Shown here: positions 48,604 to 59,047 of the stretch, piece by piece | How positions within the stretch are numbered: the first letter of the stretch is position 1 | Layout: each line of letters starts with the position of its first letter | Assembly: GCA_963735035.1 (NCBI GenBank) | Contig: CAVTJJ010000003.1 | Location: 1-64,000 of the forward strand | DNA from: an uncultured candidate division Zixibacteria bacterium | GTDB taxonomy: Bacteria; Zixibacteria; MSB-5A5; GN15; FEB-12 | Direction of reading: 5' to 3' | Length of the DNA stretch: 64,000 nt | Position numbers and translations under genes: made by a program | The notes under the pieces: model-generated | What the model was told of the DNA's origin: nothing | Database searches by the model: none | What the model saw: only the letters and a program-made list of their open reading frames with translations

Positions 48604-49550
48604 GCCAGCCTCTCCGCTACCCGAAGGCGGGCCGACCGGGCCCGTGAATTGGAAGCTATTTCAGAATCTGTCGGCTCTACCGGATGACGCGTTACCATCT
48701 TCATGGTGGGCGTCGCTCCGCAAACACATTGCGCCAGCTCCGGCGGACAGGTGCAGCGTCCTTTGACTTCCTGCTGGAAGAACCGTTTGACGATACGATC
48801 CTCCAGGGAATGATACGAGATGACCGCCAGGCGTCCGCCCGGCTTCAATAGGGAAAGGGCGACAGGTAAGACACGGCTTAGTTGCTCGAGTTCACGGTTG
48901 ACCGCAATCCGCAAAGCCTGGAACACACGCGCCAGGGCCTTGGTCTCATGCGGCGGTCTGACAACCGAGAGTACGATATCTCTGAGCTGTGCGGTGGTGA
49001 GGATCATCCCTCTCTGTCTTTCCTTGACAATGGCCACGGCAATCCCTGCGGCCTGCCGCTCCTCTCCGTATTCTCTCAAAATCTTCCTAAGTTCGTCCTC
49101 CGACAGACGGTTGACCAGATCGGCGGCCGAGGTTCCCGACGACGGATCAAAACGCATGTCGAGCGGTCCGTCGAAACGAAACGATATACCTCTGGTAGAA
49201 TCGTCGAGCTGGTAAGACGAGATGCCCAGATCCAGCAGGATACCATCGAACCGGTCCTCTTCTATCCCTCTGACAGCGCGTCCGATGTCGGCAAAGGCGG
49301 TGTGTAGGACACCCCGGAACTGGCTGGTCGCATTAAGTGCCCTGCCGGTGCGTTCCACCGCCTCCGGGTCAACATCGGCTCCGTATATCCTGGCGGACGA
49401 GTCGAGGCGGGAGGCCAGAGCGAGTAAATGGCCACCGCCGCCTGCGGTCAAATCGAGGTAGATGCCCTTATTGTCAGTAATCAGCAGTTCGGCCACTACA
49501 TCAGCCATCACTGGCTGATGCTGGCCGGCGTCACGCCTCTGACCCGCCAT
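48600..49550 (-). CDS. rsmH: 16S rRNA m4C1402 methyltransferase
   Basis: HQPVM, DLTAGGGGH, LDLGISSYQLD, FQALRIAVN, ISYHSLEDR, RARSARLR. Confidence 0.96.
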   Translation of the reverse strand: MAGQRRDAGQHQPVMADVVAELLITDNKGIYLDLTAGGGGHLLALASRLDSSARIYGADVDPEAVERTGRALNATSQFRGVLHTAFADIGRAVRGIEEDRFDGILLDLGISSYQLDDSTRGISFRFDGPLDMRFDPSSGTSAADLVNRLSEDELRKILREYGEERQAAGIAVAIVKERQRGMILTTAQLRDIVLSVVRPPHETKALARVFQALRIAVNRELEQLSRVLPVALSLLKPGGRLAVISYHSLEDRIVKRFFQQEVKGRCTCPPELAQCVCGATPTMKMVTRHPVEPTDSEIASNSRARSARLRVAERLA

Positions 49551-50004
49551 CGCCGGTAAACAACTTAGCAGCCACATCTTCATAGCTGCCGGCGAACTTT
49601 TCCATGTAGTACTTGAGCAGTTGAGGATTCCAGATTTCAATCCAGCGATTGACACCCAGGACCGCGACCTCTTTTTCGAGATCGGCCTCGGCCATCAGAT
49701 GCGCCGGAATGAGGATGCGGCCAGTCTTGTCCGCAGCCACCGGAGCAGCGAAGGAATAGAAACGTCGGCTGAATGAACGGTACCCCGGATTGGTGAATTC
49801 GAGAGTCGACATCCGTTGCTGAATGGCATCCCATTCCACCTGCGGGTATATCGCCAAACAACCTTCGAGACCTTTGGTGAGAAAAATGTCCCCTGATAGA
49901 ATGGGCTTTCCGGAATCATCGGTGACGCTTCTGAGCTTGGCCGGCAAAATGCACCGTCCCTTCTCATCAAGCGTCGTCGAGTATCTTCCAAAAAACCCGG
50001 TCAA
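49531..50004 (-). CDS. mraZ: Division/cell wall cluster repressor MraZ
   Basis: LDEKGRCILP and DKTGRILIP SpoVT/AbrB repeats; GGAGG RBS before TTG. Confidence 0.93.
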   Translation of the reverse strand: MTGFFGRYSTTLDEKGRCILPAKLRSVTDDSGKPILSGDIFLTKGLEGCLAIYPQVEWDAIQQRMSTLEFTNPGYRSFSRRFYSFAAPVAADKTGRILIPAHLMAEADLEKEVAVLGVNRWIEIWNPQLLKYYMEKFAGSYEDVAAKLFTGDGGSEA

Positions 50005-50010
50005 GGCATC

Positions 50011-50066
50011 CTCCACTACTTACCACAAGCACCCAAATCTTGCTCGAATTTCACCGTTTCTCCCAC
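50011..50066 (-). promoter_or_regulatory. Probable MraZ-binding GTGG repeats
   Basis: Spaced GTGG-like boxes upstream of mraZ (GTGGG...TTGGG...GTGGT...GTGGA) with about 10-nt periodicity near the start. Confidence 0.5.
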
Positions 50067-50369
50067 TCAAGTCAAGTGGTTTTTTCTAGAAATTACCACC
50101 CCTAAGTGGCCTTTTTGCAATGAGTAATGAGGGAACAATTTCCTCGATCGGTCAAGTGGCCGTCCCACAAACGTCAACGGCTCCTCCCCACTTCGCCTCT
50201 GGATCGGCGAAATTATGGTAAGACCCCACCAAATATTGAGTTAATCCCATATTCCTATAGACTGGTCAATCAGAAGAATATTCCTACCCGCCCCGGGACA
50301 ACTCCCGCAAGTAGCTGCTAACCAAATCGTTACAAGTCGTCAATTTGCGATTATGGGTCCGATTTGGCA

Positions 50370-50386
50370 AGGGCACTGGCATTGCA
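50370..50386 (+). promoter_or_regulatory. Possible sigma54 promoter of the C25 peptidase
   Basis: AGGGCACTGGCATTGCA (GG-N10-GC); would give a very short leader. Confidence 0.4.
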
Positions 50387-50407
50387 CTCTGAGCGGCGGG
50401 ATTCATT

Positions 50408-52735
50408 ATGAAACTGCTGACTCAAAATGTGCTCCTTATGTTGGCCCTGGCTCTGCCGGAAGGTCTCCTCGCGGCTGAGTTGAATGAGAGCACTTGCATC
50501 TTTGACTCATCCCAACTCGTTGTTAATCATGGCACTACAACGACAATTCGTCTTGGGACAAACAACACTATTGAGGTCTTAACGGGCCTCTCGCTGCCGG
50601 TACAGTCGGCCCTGGTGCCACTGCACCCCGGCGAGAGCCCTGAAAATATTACCTTCGCCGACGGCCCCGTCACAAAAATGGGCATACTGGCTCCACATAA
50701 ACCAGTATGGGACGGGGTTACGTCGTCGGAAGATGCTTACGTCTCAGTCGAACGCGAACACAATTCATCCGCCCACCTGGGCATGCAGCCGGTGATCGTG
50801 CTCGGCGAAACGAGCGTGAACAATCAACGTTACGGCGAATTGATGATCTTCCCGGTTACGGTCGATTCGTCCGGCAGTCTTTCTCTTCATGCGTCACTGA
50901 CTATCAACATAGACGGACGCATGATCGCCGCCTCCGAATTACTTTCGCGCGATGAGATAATCGCTAACGCCAAGGACATTCGCGACGCGAGCGTTGCTGC
51001 TACCGGCTCAGAGTACTTGATCGTGACGTCGGCCGCCCTCGCCGAAGCCATGCAGCGTATGGTGAAATACAAAGTTGAAACCGGTTACAATACTGAGTTG
51101 GATACGATCGAGTCTATACTGACAACTTACTCCGGCAGAGACTATGCCGAGAAACTACGCGAACGTCTCAAAGTGTTCTATTCCGACGGCGGTCGGTATG
51201 TATTGCTGGCCGGTGACGAAACGGTATTGCCGATCAGATATGCTTATCCAAACATGGCGACGGAAATGCCGCCCCTCGATCAGATGCAGGTCTGCGATCT
51301 CTATTTCGCCGATTTGACCGGCGACTGGGACGCCGACGGCGACGGCATCTGGGGCGAGAAATACACCGACAATGTCGACCTGGTCCCCGAGCTTCTAGTT
51401 GGACGGCTCCCGATCAACACCCCGACCGAGGCCGCCAACTACATCGCCAAGCTCATTCAATATGAGACCGACCCCGGCGCGGGCGACCGCGACTATCTGG
51501 AGCGGGCTGCTTTCTTTGCGTCCGATCAGATGCGCGACTATGACGGCGGCGGCCAGCACGGAGTCATTGCGCGCACTTTCCCGAGCTGGTTTGGAATCGA
51601 TACGACTTCGGCCGTGGAACGGGCTACCGGTGACGACGCCAGCCCGTCGAACCTCGGACCTTCTGAATTGGCCCCGATTTTCGCGAACGGCTTTGGCATC
51701 ATAAATGTGGTGGCTCATGGTCGAAGCGATGGATTCGTTCTGAAATCTTCCGGCTACAACAACTGGCCCAAGACATACATCCTGACCGACAACAACGGCT
51801 CGGATCACGGCCAACTGGACGCTTTTACACCCCCGGACAAGCCCGCGTTCTATTATTCGCTCGGCTGCAATAACGGCGGGTTCGATATGGATCAGCCGCC
51901 CATGAATCAGACGAATCCGTGTATGGTCCAGGACCTCATCGGTGGACCTAGCGGAGCGGTAGGAATTGTGGCGTATTCGCGCTGGGGGTGGATCAGCTCC
52001 AGCTATCTGCTCCAGACCGCGTTCTTCGATTCGCTCTTTGCTCACCCGGAGCGACCGGCGGTCGAAGCGTTGTACGCCTCGAAAGCGGCGATCTACTACT
52101 ATCGCGACCTGGTCTACGGCCTCAACTATTTTGGAGATCCTTCTCTCAAGGTATATACCCACCGTCCGGAGAAACCGGAAATCAGCATGGCTTCCGATAG
52201 CTCGGGGTTCGGTGTAACAGTCGCTGCCGAAGGCGTGGGTCTAGCGAACTGCCGGATCATCCTCTCTCAAAACGGCGAAGTTCTGAGCGAGTTGATCGCT
52301 GATGCCGATGGCAAAACGAAAGTCGACCGTATTCTTGACCCGACCGGATTGTATCGTCTGACCGCACTGACCGACGGCGCCTGTGTCGCCATGGCCGACT
52401 TCATCCCGTCGCTCATCACTGGGGTGGATGACGAGGATACGGATTCACCTCTGCCGGATCAGTTTGCGCTACGTCAAAACTATCCCAATCCTTTCAACCC
52501 GAATACAACCATAAGCTATGATCTGCCTACGACTGCACGTGTCCGGCTGGTCGTATATAATCTTCTCGGACAGGTCGTGACCGTGCTGGCGCAGGGAATT
52601 CAGCCGGCCGGAAGTTACTCGGTTACTTGGGATGGCGACGATCGCAACGGCGCCCCGCTCGCCAGCGGAGTGTACTTCTATCGCCTGGAAACCGACCGGT
52701 TCACGTCGATCCGCAAGATGATCATGATGAAGTAA
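50408..52735 (+). CDS. Secreted C25 (gingipain-like) cysteine peptidase with FlgD/T9SS-type C-terminal domain
   Basis: YVLLAGD, DLYFADL, VGRLP, catalytic AHG and LGC, YFGDPS; CTD QNYPNPFNP...WDG...ASGVYFYRL. Confidence 0.88.
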   Translation: MKLLTQNVLLMLALALPEGLLAAELNESTCIFDSSQLVVNHGTTTTIRLGTNNTIEVLTGLSLPVQSALVPLHPGESPENITFADGPVTKMGILAPHKPVWDGVTSSEDAYVSVEREHNSSAHLGMQPVIVLGETSVNNQRYGELMIFPVTVDSSGSLSLHASLTINIDGRMIAASELLSRDEIIANAKDIRDASVAATGSEYLIVTSAALAEAMQRMVKYKVETGYNTELDTIESILTTYSGRDYAEKLRERLKVFYSDGGRYVLLAGDETVLPIRYAYPNMATEMPPLDQMQVCDLYFADLTGDWDADGDGIWGEKYTDNVDLVPELLVGRLPINTPTEAANYIAKLIQYETDPGAGDRDYLERAAFFASDQMRDYDGGGQHGVIARTFPSWFGIDTTSAVERATGDDASPSNLGPSELAPIFANGFGIINVVAHGRSDGFVLKSSGYNNWPKTYILTDNNGSDHGQLDAFTPPDKPAFYYSLGCNNGGFDMDQPPMNQTNPCMVQDLIGGPSGAVGIVAYSRWGWISSSYLLQTAFFDSLFAHPERPAVEALYASKAAIYYYRDLVYGLNYFGDPSLKVYTHRPEKPEISMASDSSGFGVTVAAEGVGLANCRIILSQNGEVLSELIADADGKTKVDRILDPTGLYRLTALTDGACVAMADFIPSLITGVDDEDTDSPLPDQFALRQNYPNPFNPNTTISYDLPTTARVRLVVYNLLGQVVTVLAQGIQPAGSYSVTWDGDDRNGAPLASGVYFYRLETDRFTSIRKMIMMK

Positions 52736-53606
52736 GTCGTCGACGTATCCAGCCAACCGCGAGTGATATCCCCAATCCGAGCATCAGCAGGATTCCACAG
52801 AGCCACAACAGCGGGCACTCATACCATTTCGCATACTTGCGCAAGTAGCGATACATGGAGAAGTGCGAGATGACTTTCATCCGATACGGACGCTTGCTGG
52901 TTGAAGCCCCTACATGGTGTTCCACCACGGCAATTGGGTAATAGAGCAGGCGATATCCGGCCAGTTTCATCCGATGGCAGTAATCAACATCGTTGAACAG
53001 AATCGGAAACGACTCATCCATGTAGCCGATCTTTTCCACCACCGCCCGAGGCATCAGCATCACCGCCCCCATCGGTTGATCCACGAACATCGCAGTCTTG
53101 TGATCGAACCAACCCATACGCCAGTGGGAACACTCTCGATGATGTGGAAACAACCTGTCCAGCAACAGCGCCCGGTAGATTACGTGACGGTAAGTCGGCA
53201 GCGCCCTGGCTGATTTGTGAGGGCGACCATCGAAATAGACATACCCCGGGCCGATCATGCCCAGCTCCGGTCCGCTCTTCAGACGTTCCAGCAGCGCGCG
53301 TGTAGCACCCGGCCTGAAGCGCAGGTCCTGGTTCAGCACGTACAAGAACTCCCCGCATGCTCGTTGCATTCCGATGTTGACCGCGCGCGCAAAACCTAGA
53401 TTGGCGCCGTTCTCTATCAGGATGGCGTCGGAATGGTGTGCTTTGATATATTCAACTGAGCCGTCGACCGATCCGTTATCCACCAGAATCAACTCATGCG
53501 AAGTGAAGCTGAGATTCTCCTTGAGGGTGGTGAGCAGTTCCGGCAGGAACTGTCGCCCGTTGAAAACAATAACGATGGCGGAGATTTCAGGTCTATTGGC
53601 CGTCAT
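52722..53606 (-). CDS. Family 2 glycosyltransferase
   Basis: ILVDNGSVDGS, NLGFARAVN, VLNQD, MDESF...DVDYC. Confidence 0.92.
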   Translation of the reverse strand: MTANRPEISAIVIVFNGRQFLPELLTTLKENLSFTSHELILVDNGSVDGSVEYIKAHHSDAILIENGANLGFARAVNIGMQRACGEFLYVLNQDLRFRPGATRALLERLKSGPELGMIGPGYVYFDGRPHKSARALPTYRHVIYRALLLDRLFPHHRECSHWRMGWFDHKTAMFVDQPMGAVMLMPRAVVEKIGYMDESFPILFNDVDYCHRMKLAGYRLLYYPIAVVEHHVGASTSKRPYRMKVISHFSMYRYLRKYAKWYECPLLWLCGILLMLGLGISLAVGWIRRRLTSS

Positions 53607-54844
53607 GTCGTTCGCCCCAGAAGCTCTGCAAAACGTTGCGCCAGCCTGTCACCGGAATATTCACGGGAATACTCATCCAGTGGGCTAAATCGGTACGTAC
53701 GCTCGTCGAATGTACGCACATACTTCAGAAGTTCTTCGGCGGCCGCATCGTAACCGTCATCGTGGAATCGACAGACTCGCCCGCTTGGCTCGGTAATGCG
53801 AGTGACTTCACTATCACTTGGCGCATGAATAACAAGTGGTCGTCCCGACGCCAACAAGTCGAACGTCCTGCCGGGCAGGAACCCAGCGCCTTCCTTGTCG
53901 GAGATACCGAGGTACAGAACGTGAGCCTCGGAAAGAAGCCGGATCGTATCATGGCGCGATTGACGCTGTTTCAGATCGAGAGTGATGTTCAACCCGCGTT
54001 CGATAAAGAGTCTGTGCATCCAGGTTGAGTCCACCTCACCCACCTGAAGCAACCTGATCCGTTTGATTCTTTCGGGATCGCGGCTCTTTGCCTGTTCGAG
54101 CAACTTCAACAATGGTTCGACTTCGCGAGTGTCGTGCTGATGACCGAGCAGTCCGATAGTGAACGTTTCCTGCGATGGCGACTGTTTCCACAACTCAGCC
54201 AGGTCCGGGTCATATCCATTAGGAATGACCTCTCCCTTACCGAGATATTCAACGATTGATCCGTTGACCGCGGTGATTGCCGAAGCCTGCTCTCGAATTG
54301 CATCCAGCAGCTTCCGGGCTCTGCTCAGCCTCTTCTCGTCGTGGTAGACTTCTTCGGCTTTGTAGATTGTCCAGAAATCTCTGAAGTCGACTATCCACGG
54401 AATGTTGTGTCGTTGCGCCAGGGCTTGCCCGATCAAATGACATGATACCGGTGGGGACGTACTGATGATCGCATCGTACTTACCGTCGCAACACAGCTTG
54501 TTGCCCAGCCTCTTAGCCGGTCCTACCCAGCCGACCTTGGAATCCGGGAAGAACTTCTCGGCAATCGGACGTGCGCTCGCAATTGTCGCCGCCTTCATTC
54601 GACGTACACCCAGCATATACAAAAGCCGCTGCGGGTCGTAGGAACCGGAACGATGGACCAACGAAGCTTCCAGACCGCTGAGAAGTTCCGGTTCGTAGGC
54701 CCGGTACAGAACCGGTTTGACCGTGAGAATTTCACACGACCAACCATATTGTGGCAAACGCTTGAAGAGATTGAGCGGCCGCCCAATGCCACCAAGCCCC
54801 ATCGGCGGAAAATAATAGCAGACCAGAAGGACTCGCCGGGTCAT
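53603..54844 (-). CDS. Family 4 (GT-B) glycosyltransferase
   Basis: YYFPP, STSPP, DFRDFW, IPNGYD, LPGRTFDLLASGRP. Confidence 0.85.
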   Translation of the reverse strand: MTRRVLLVCYYFPPMGLGGIGRPLNLFKRLPQYGWSCEILTVKPVLYRAYEPELLSGLEASLVHRSGSYDPQRLLYMLGVRRMKAATIASARPIAEKFFPDSKVGWVGPAKRLGNKLCCDGKYDAIISTSPPVSCHLIGQALAQRHNIPWIVDFRDFWTIYKAEEVYHDEKRLSRARKLLDAIREQASAITAVNGSIVEYLGKGEVIPNGYDPDLAELWKQSPSQETFTIGLLGHQHDTREVEPLLKLLEQAKSRDPERIKRIRLLQVGEVDSTWMHRLFIERGLNITLDLKQRQSRHDTIRLLSEAHVLYLGISDKEGAGFLPGRTFDLLASGRPLVIHAPSDSEVTRITEPSGRVCRFHDDGYDAAAEELLKYVRTFDERTYRFSPLDEYSREYSGDRLAQRFAELLGRTT

Positions 54845-55917
54845 GCCGATTTCTCCGCGATCAGGTCATGCATTACCGCGATCGTCTCGGCGATATTGTC
54901 TTCGAAGATCGCTTTCCGCTTCACCAGTGCGAGGTTAGTGCGGCGCATCGCGGCGACATCGGTTTCGCTCCGAAGCAGGCGCACGACTATGCTTCGCAAT
55001 TCTGATTCACGCTTCAAATCGAACAGGAATCCGGAACCGGGGGTAATCCACTCGCGGACGCCGGGGATGTCTCCGGCCGACGGAATAAGTCCAAGTCCCA
55101 TTGCTTCGAGCATTGACGCCGGTGATGAATCAGACAACGACGCCGATAGATACACATCGTGCGTAGCGGCGAATCTCAAATACTCGGCCCGAGGTAGCTT
55201 GGAATAGTACTTGATTCCCGACGAAACCAAACGAGCGGCTTCATTCTTGAACTCGTCCACCCGGCCGCCGAAGTCAGGAAACGTAAGTTGAACCATTCCG
55301 CCGTTGACAAGATCCGCGAGAGCGCGTACGACAAAGATGTTATTATAGACGGGTTCATGAACCCGCGGGATGATGATTCTTAGCGGCGTTCGCAGAGGGG
55401 TATCGTCACTTTCACGACGGACAAACTCCCGCTCGATGCCCCAGACGATCGTATGTCTTCGACGCAATTCACCAATCTTGGCCGCTTCTTCGATCAAATA
55501 ATCAGAATCGCCGATAACACCATCGGCCGATTCCAGCGCGAGACGGGTCTTCCGTCGATGAAACACCGATTTATGCGGTGCAATCAGGATGTCCGAGCCC
55601 CACAGGTGCAGCAACACCGGAATCTCTTTGCGTCGCTCCGCCATCGCCGCGAGAAAACCGTAGCCGGAGGCAAAATGCGGATTCAACAGGTCGGGTCCAA
55701 ACGTACGCATCAATCGCCTCACCTCGACTGCCGCCAGAGCGTAATGCATGATTCGAAAGGGACCGCGTCGATTCAACTGGTGATGCGGTATAGCGCCGTC
55801 TTCGAGCGATGCAGTCAACACGTCACACCCTTGACGTGCCAACTCGGCTACATACCGCTCGGTATGAAAAGAGCGGCTGTCCGCCAGAACGAGAACTTTC
55901 AGCCCGGCGCCGCTCAC
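54841..55917 (-). CDS. Family 4 glycosyltransferase
   Basis: HFASGYG, LWGSDI, SDSSPASMLEAMGLG. Confidence 0.88.
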   Translation of the reverse strand: MSGAGLKVLVLADSRSFHTERYVAELARQGCDVLTASLEDGAIPHHQLNRRGPFRIMHYALAAVEVRRLMRTFGPDLLNPHFASGYGFLAAMAERRKEIPVLLHLWGSDILIAPHKSVFHRRKTRLALESADGVIGDSDYLIEEAAKIGELRRRHTIVWGIEREFVRRESDDTPLRTPLRIIIPRVHEPVYNNIFVVRALADLVNGGMVQLTFPDFGGRVDEFKNEAARLVSSGIKYYSKLPRAEYLRFAATHDVYLSASLSDSSPASMLEAMGLGLIPSAGDIPGVREWITPGSGFLFDLKRESELRSIVVRLLRSETDVAAMRRTNLALVKRKAIFEDNIAETIAVMHDLIAEKSA

Positions 55918-56840
55918 ATGAGCCTCCCGATCCACGACCTGTGAGACCAGCAAGGATAGCTGTAAGTCTCGCCCCCCCATTTGTCCTTGTAGTAGGCCAG
56001 CGTCTCGGCGTCGCCCGGTGACGCTCCGAGGTTGAGTCTTGTAATTCCCTGCGCGGACAGTTCGCATGCAATGGAATAAGTTATCAACTGATTAGGCTTG
56101 AGAGGCGAGAACTGCTTGTCGAAGAAAACCTGCCAGTTGAGTAGCATATCCCCTTCGACCAGGTAGATATGCGACGCTGCCAACTTACCATCCTTCTCAC
56201 ACACCAACCAGCGGACTCGTCTATCCCTCTGGGCGAGAACGGCAAGTCTCTCGTAGAAGGCCGGCGAGTACTTCGGACGGCGCCCGTGGCGGCTTTCAGT
56301 GCGACGCATCAAATCAAGAAACGAGTCGAAGTGGCGATCCAAACTGAACTCGTCGACCGGCACGTCCTCGCGTTGAGCTTTTCTGATCTCCGATTGAAGC
56401 TTCTTGTCCGGCGGCAGCCAGGTCTCTGTGTTCAACTTCACAATGTTCGTACGGCATGATAGCGATTCGAAGCCGGAGACTTCGGATAACTGTCGACTAA
56501 AGTCATTGATATAGACTTTGGCGAATCCTGATGATGCTATCGCTTCGATCAACTGTCGCCCGGCGCTGGCACCATCTACGGACTTGTCGAGACACACAAT
56601 TCGTGAATACAATCCATCCGGCATAGCCTGCAATCTTGCCAGGACGCCCCGTCCGAATCGGACGCTCGGTAATATGGCCAGCGGCCGATCATCGTCGTAC
56701 AACACCCAGTAGATCGCGCTTCCGCCCATCTCATTCCAAAGAGCGGCGAAAGAGATCGATCCGAGCAGCGATTGGTCGTTCAGAGTTGTCGCCAGGTGCG
56801 GCGGGAGATCATCGATAACATGGGTGCGGACTTGCATCAC
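55914..56840 (-). CDS. GNAT/FemAB-like acyltransferase
   Basis: EIRKAQRE, PNQLI, LNLGAS, YKDKWGG typical of FemAB-like GNATs in polysaccharide loci. Confidence 0.75.
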   Translation of the reverse strand: MMQVRTHVIDDLPPHLATTLNDQSLLGSISFAALWNEMGGSAIYWVLYDDDRPLAILPSVRFGRGVLARLQAMPDGLYSRIVCLDKSVDGASAGRQLIEAIASSGFAKVYINDFSRQLSEVSGFESLSCRTNIVKLNTETWLPPDKKLQSEIRKAQREDVPVDEFSLDRHFDSFLDLMRRTESRHGRRPKYSPAFYERLAVLAQRDRRVRWLVCEKDGKLAASHIYLVEGDMLLNWQVFFDKQFSPLKPNQLITYSIACELSAQGITRLNLGASPGDAETLAYYKDKWGGETYSYPCWSHRSWIGRLM

Positions 56841-59047
56841 CGTCGCACCAGAAGGAACTTGCCGGTTCCGCTGTTACCCTGATCGTCGGTCAGGACATAT
56901 AGATAGACACCCGACACAACCGGTTCACCGGACGCGTTGCGGCCATCCCACACAGGCAGCGGACGTTCGGCCACCAGTTCACCCGCGACGGTGAAAACCC
57001 TCAGCCGGGCGCTGCCAGAGAAGTTGAAATTGAGCAGATCGTTAGAAGACTCTATTATATATGGATTGGGAAACGCGTACGCTTCGGCCACCTTGTCGGT
57101 CGGCGGGCCAACGGAGGAAAGGAGAATCGAAAGACCCGAGGACGTTGCCACATAGAGGTTTCCGGACAGTTCGTCGAAAGTCAGATTGTTGACGTAGTTG
57201 TCAAGCAATCCGCTATTGTCGGTCGTGTAGACCGTAATGTCACCGGACAAATTGTCCCTACAAGCCAGACCATTCTTAGCTCCGATCCACACATTCCCCC
57301 GGCTGTCGAATTCGATCATGGTGACGTCCGGTCCAAACCCCGGCGGTAACGCGACCTCTACAAAGCTCTCGAGGCCAGGGTCGAAACGGGAGATACCGTA
57401 GTTGGTACCCACCCACAATTCACCGAGCGGAGAAAAGCGAACCACCCGCACCACATCCGATACGATCCGATAGCGAAAATTCGGCTGAGTCTGGTAATAA
57501 TGCACCACACGGTCATCGGATCGATTGAACGGGTCGGCGCCGTAGTAATAATAGAAGACACCACTCAGACCGGAACCGACCGCTATCGCTCCTTTGTACT
57601 CGTCGATACTGACCATCTGCGCGGCGTTAAGTCCATCGGAGACTCCGAGCGATGTCCACCCGTCGGGCGAATCCATATTGTCCAGGCGGGCAATGGCGAC
57701 GCGGGTGCCGTCACGTGGTTCGAAATTGACGCCGAAGAAGAAATTGGCATTGACCGCCACATCGTAGCAGACAACAAAATTCGACCCCACTCCCCCAGCT
57801 TCTTGCAGGGTCGAGTTTAGGGCGGAGTAACGAGCCACCGTATCAGTGATGCGTGACATGCCGCCGCCGTAGGTCCCGACATAGAAGTTGTTGTTCTGAT
57901 CGGCTACTATCGCCTGACCTCTGCCCCCGACAACCACCGGCCAGTGAATCCATTGGTCGGAGGCTTCCCGGTAAGGTCCGGCGAGCCGGAACAGTACGGC
58001 CGTAGTTCCGTCACCCGCCACGGCGACATCGACCACGTCGTTGGCGGGCAGACCGGTGAAAGGATACTCGGCAAAATTGGTTCCGGACTGATAGTACAGA
58101 CCGCCGTCGGCCCCACCTAGCCAGCGTTCCCCCTTGAAGATAGTGCCGCATCGTACGCCGCCAGAAATGCCCGGAGTATTCAGCGACGTCACCGTACCGT
58201 CTACTACGACTCCCAGTCCGACCCGCGAGAAAACAAAAAGCGAATCGGTCGACGTTACCAATTGGTAAACAGAGGAACCGGACGAAAAAGGAAGCTGAGT
58301 GAAATCATCGGTCACTTCCAGTCGAAAGAGTCCGATGTCGGTTCCGACATAAGTTACGTTCTGATAGTTCACCACACAGCGGATCGTATCGCTGCCCAAC
58401 TCGGGATGGTTGTCATATCGATATCCCCGCCAGTTGTCCGGCGACTTGAGCATCGAGTGACTGGTGCGGTTGGCCACGGTTAGACCGGACGAGGTCGCCA
58501 GCCAAATACTGTCGCCCGACAAGGCAATGTCGTACACGAGCGGCACCGAATTGAGATCGTCGAACTGCTGAAATGCATCCTGGATCTGTCCGCCGTCGGC
58601 GGTCTTGGAGAACAGAATCAGGCCAGCGTCACTGCCTACCCAGAGAAAATCGCCGTCATCGGCCAGACGAAGCAGTCGAAACGGATGGCCATCATTATCC
58701 GCGATAGGATAGACAGCGGTCGAAGCACCGTCCCATCGAATCAAGCGACCGTTACCGGCCACCCAGATGATTCCATCGGCGGCGCGGATCATATCGGTCA
58801 CATCCGAGGTTTGAAGCTCGCTCAGATTACTGTACTGACTTCCGGGAACCAGTGGATCTGATATTGCCAGCAGTCCCCCTGAGGTAGTTACGAACAGCGT
58901 GTCGTTAATCACCACCATGCGGCGGGCTTCTGAAAACGAAGTCAGACTTCGCCAATCGGCGCCTTGTGCCGGCGCTGAGAGTAGCGGCGTAAGCAACGCC
59001 GCTACTGTGGCGCAACGCGCGATGACTTGGTACGACAATATATCCAT
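56837..59047 (-). CDS. PorZ-like double beta-propeller protein with C-terminal FPNP domain
   Basis: N-terminal W-x4-SF, repeated LWVG/IWLAT/FDSRGNVWIG propeller blades, YAFPNP...WDGRNASG..VVSGVYLY; start approximate. Confidence 0.7.
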   Translation of the reverse strand: MDILSYQVIARCATVAALLTPLLSAPAQGADWRSLTSFSEARRMVVINDTLFVTTSGGLLAISDPLVPGSQYSNLSELQTSDVTDMIRAADGIIWVAGNGRLIRWDGASTAVYPIADNDGHPFRLLRLADDGDFLWVGSDAGLILFSKTADGGQIQDAFQQFDDLNSVPLVYDIALSGDSIWLATSSGLTVANRTSHSMLKSPDNWRGYRYDNHPELGSDTIRCVVNYQNVTYVGTDIGLFRLEVTDDFTQLPFSSGSSVYQLVTSTDSLFVFSRVGLGVVVDGTVTSLNTPGISGGVRCGTIFKGERWLGGADGGLYYQSGTNFAEYPFTGLPANDVVDVAVAGDGTTAVLFRLAGPYREASDQWIHWPVVVGGRGQAIVADQNNNFYVGTYGGGMSRITDTVARYSALNSTLQEAGGVGSNFVVCYDVAVNANFFFGVNFEPRDGTRVAIARLDNMDSPDGWTSLGVSDGLNAAQMVSIDEYKGAIAVGSGLSGVFYYYYGADPFNRSDDRVVHYYQTQPNFRYRIVSDVVRVVRFSPLGELWVGTNYGISRFDPGLESFVEVALPPGFGPDVTMIEFDSRGNVWIGAKNGLACRDNLSGDITVYTTDNSGLLDNYVNNLTFDELSGNLYVATSSGLSILLSSVGPPTDKVAEAYAFPNPYIIESSNDLLNFNFSGSARLRVFTVAGELVAERPLPVWDGRNASGEPVVSGVYLYVLTDDQGNSGTGKFLLVRR

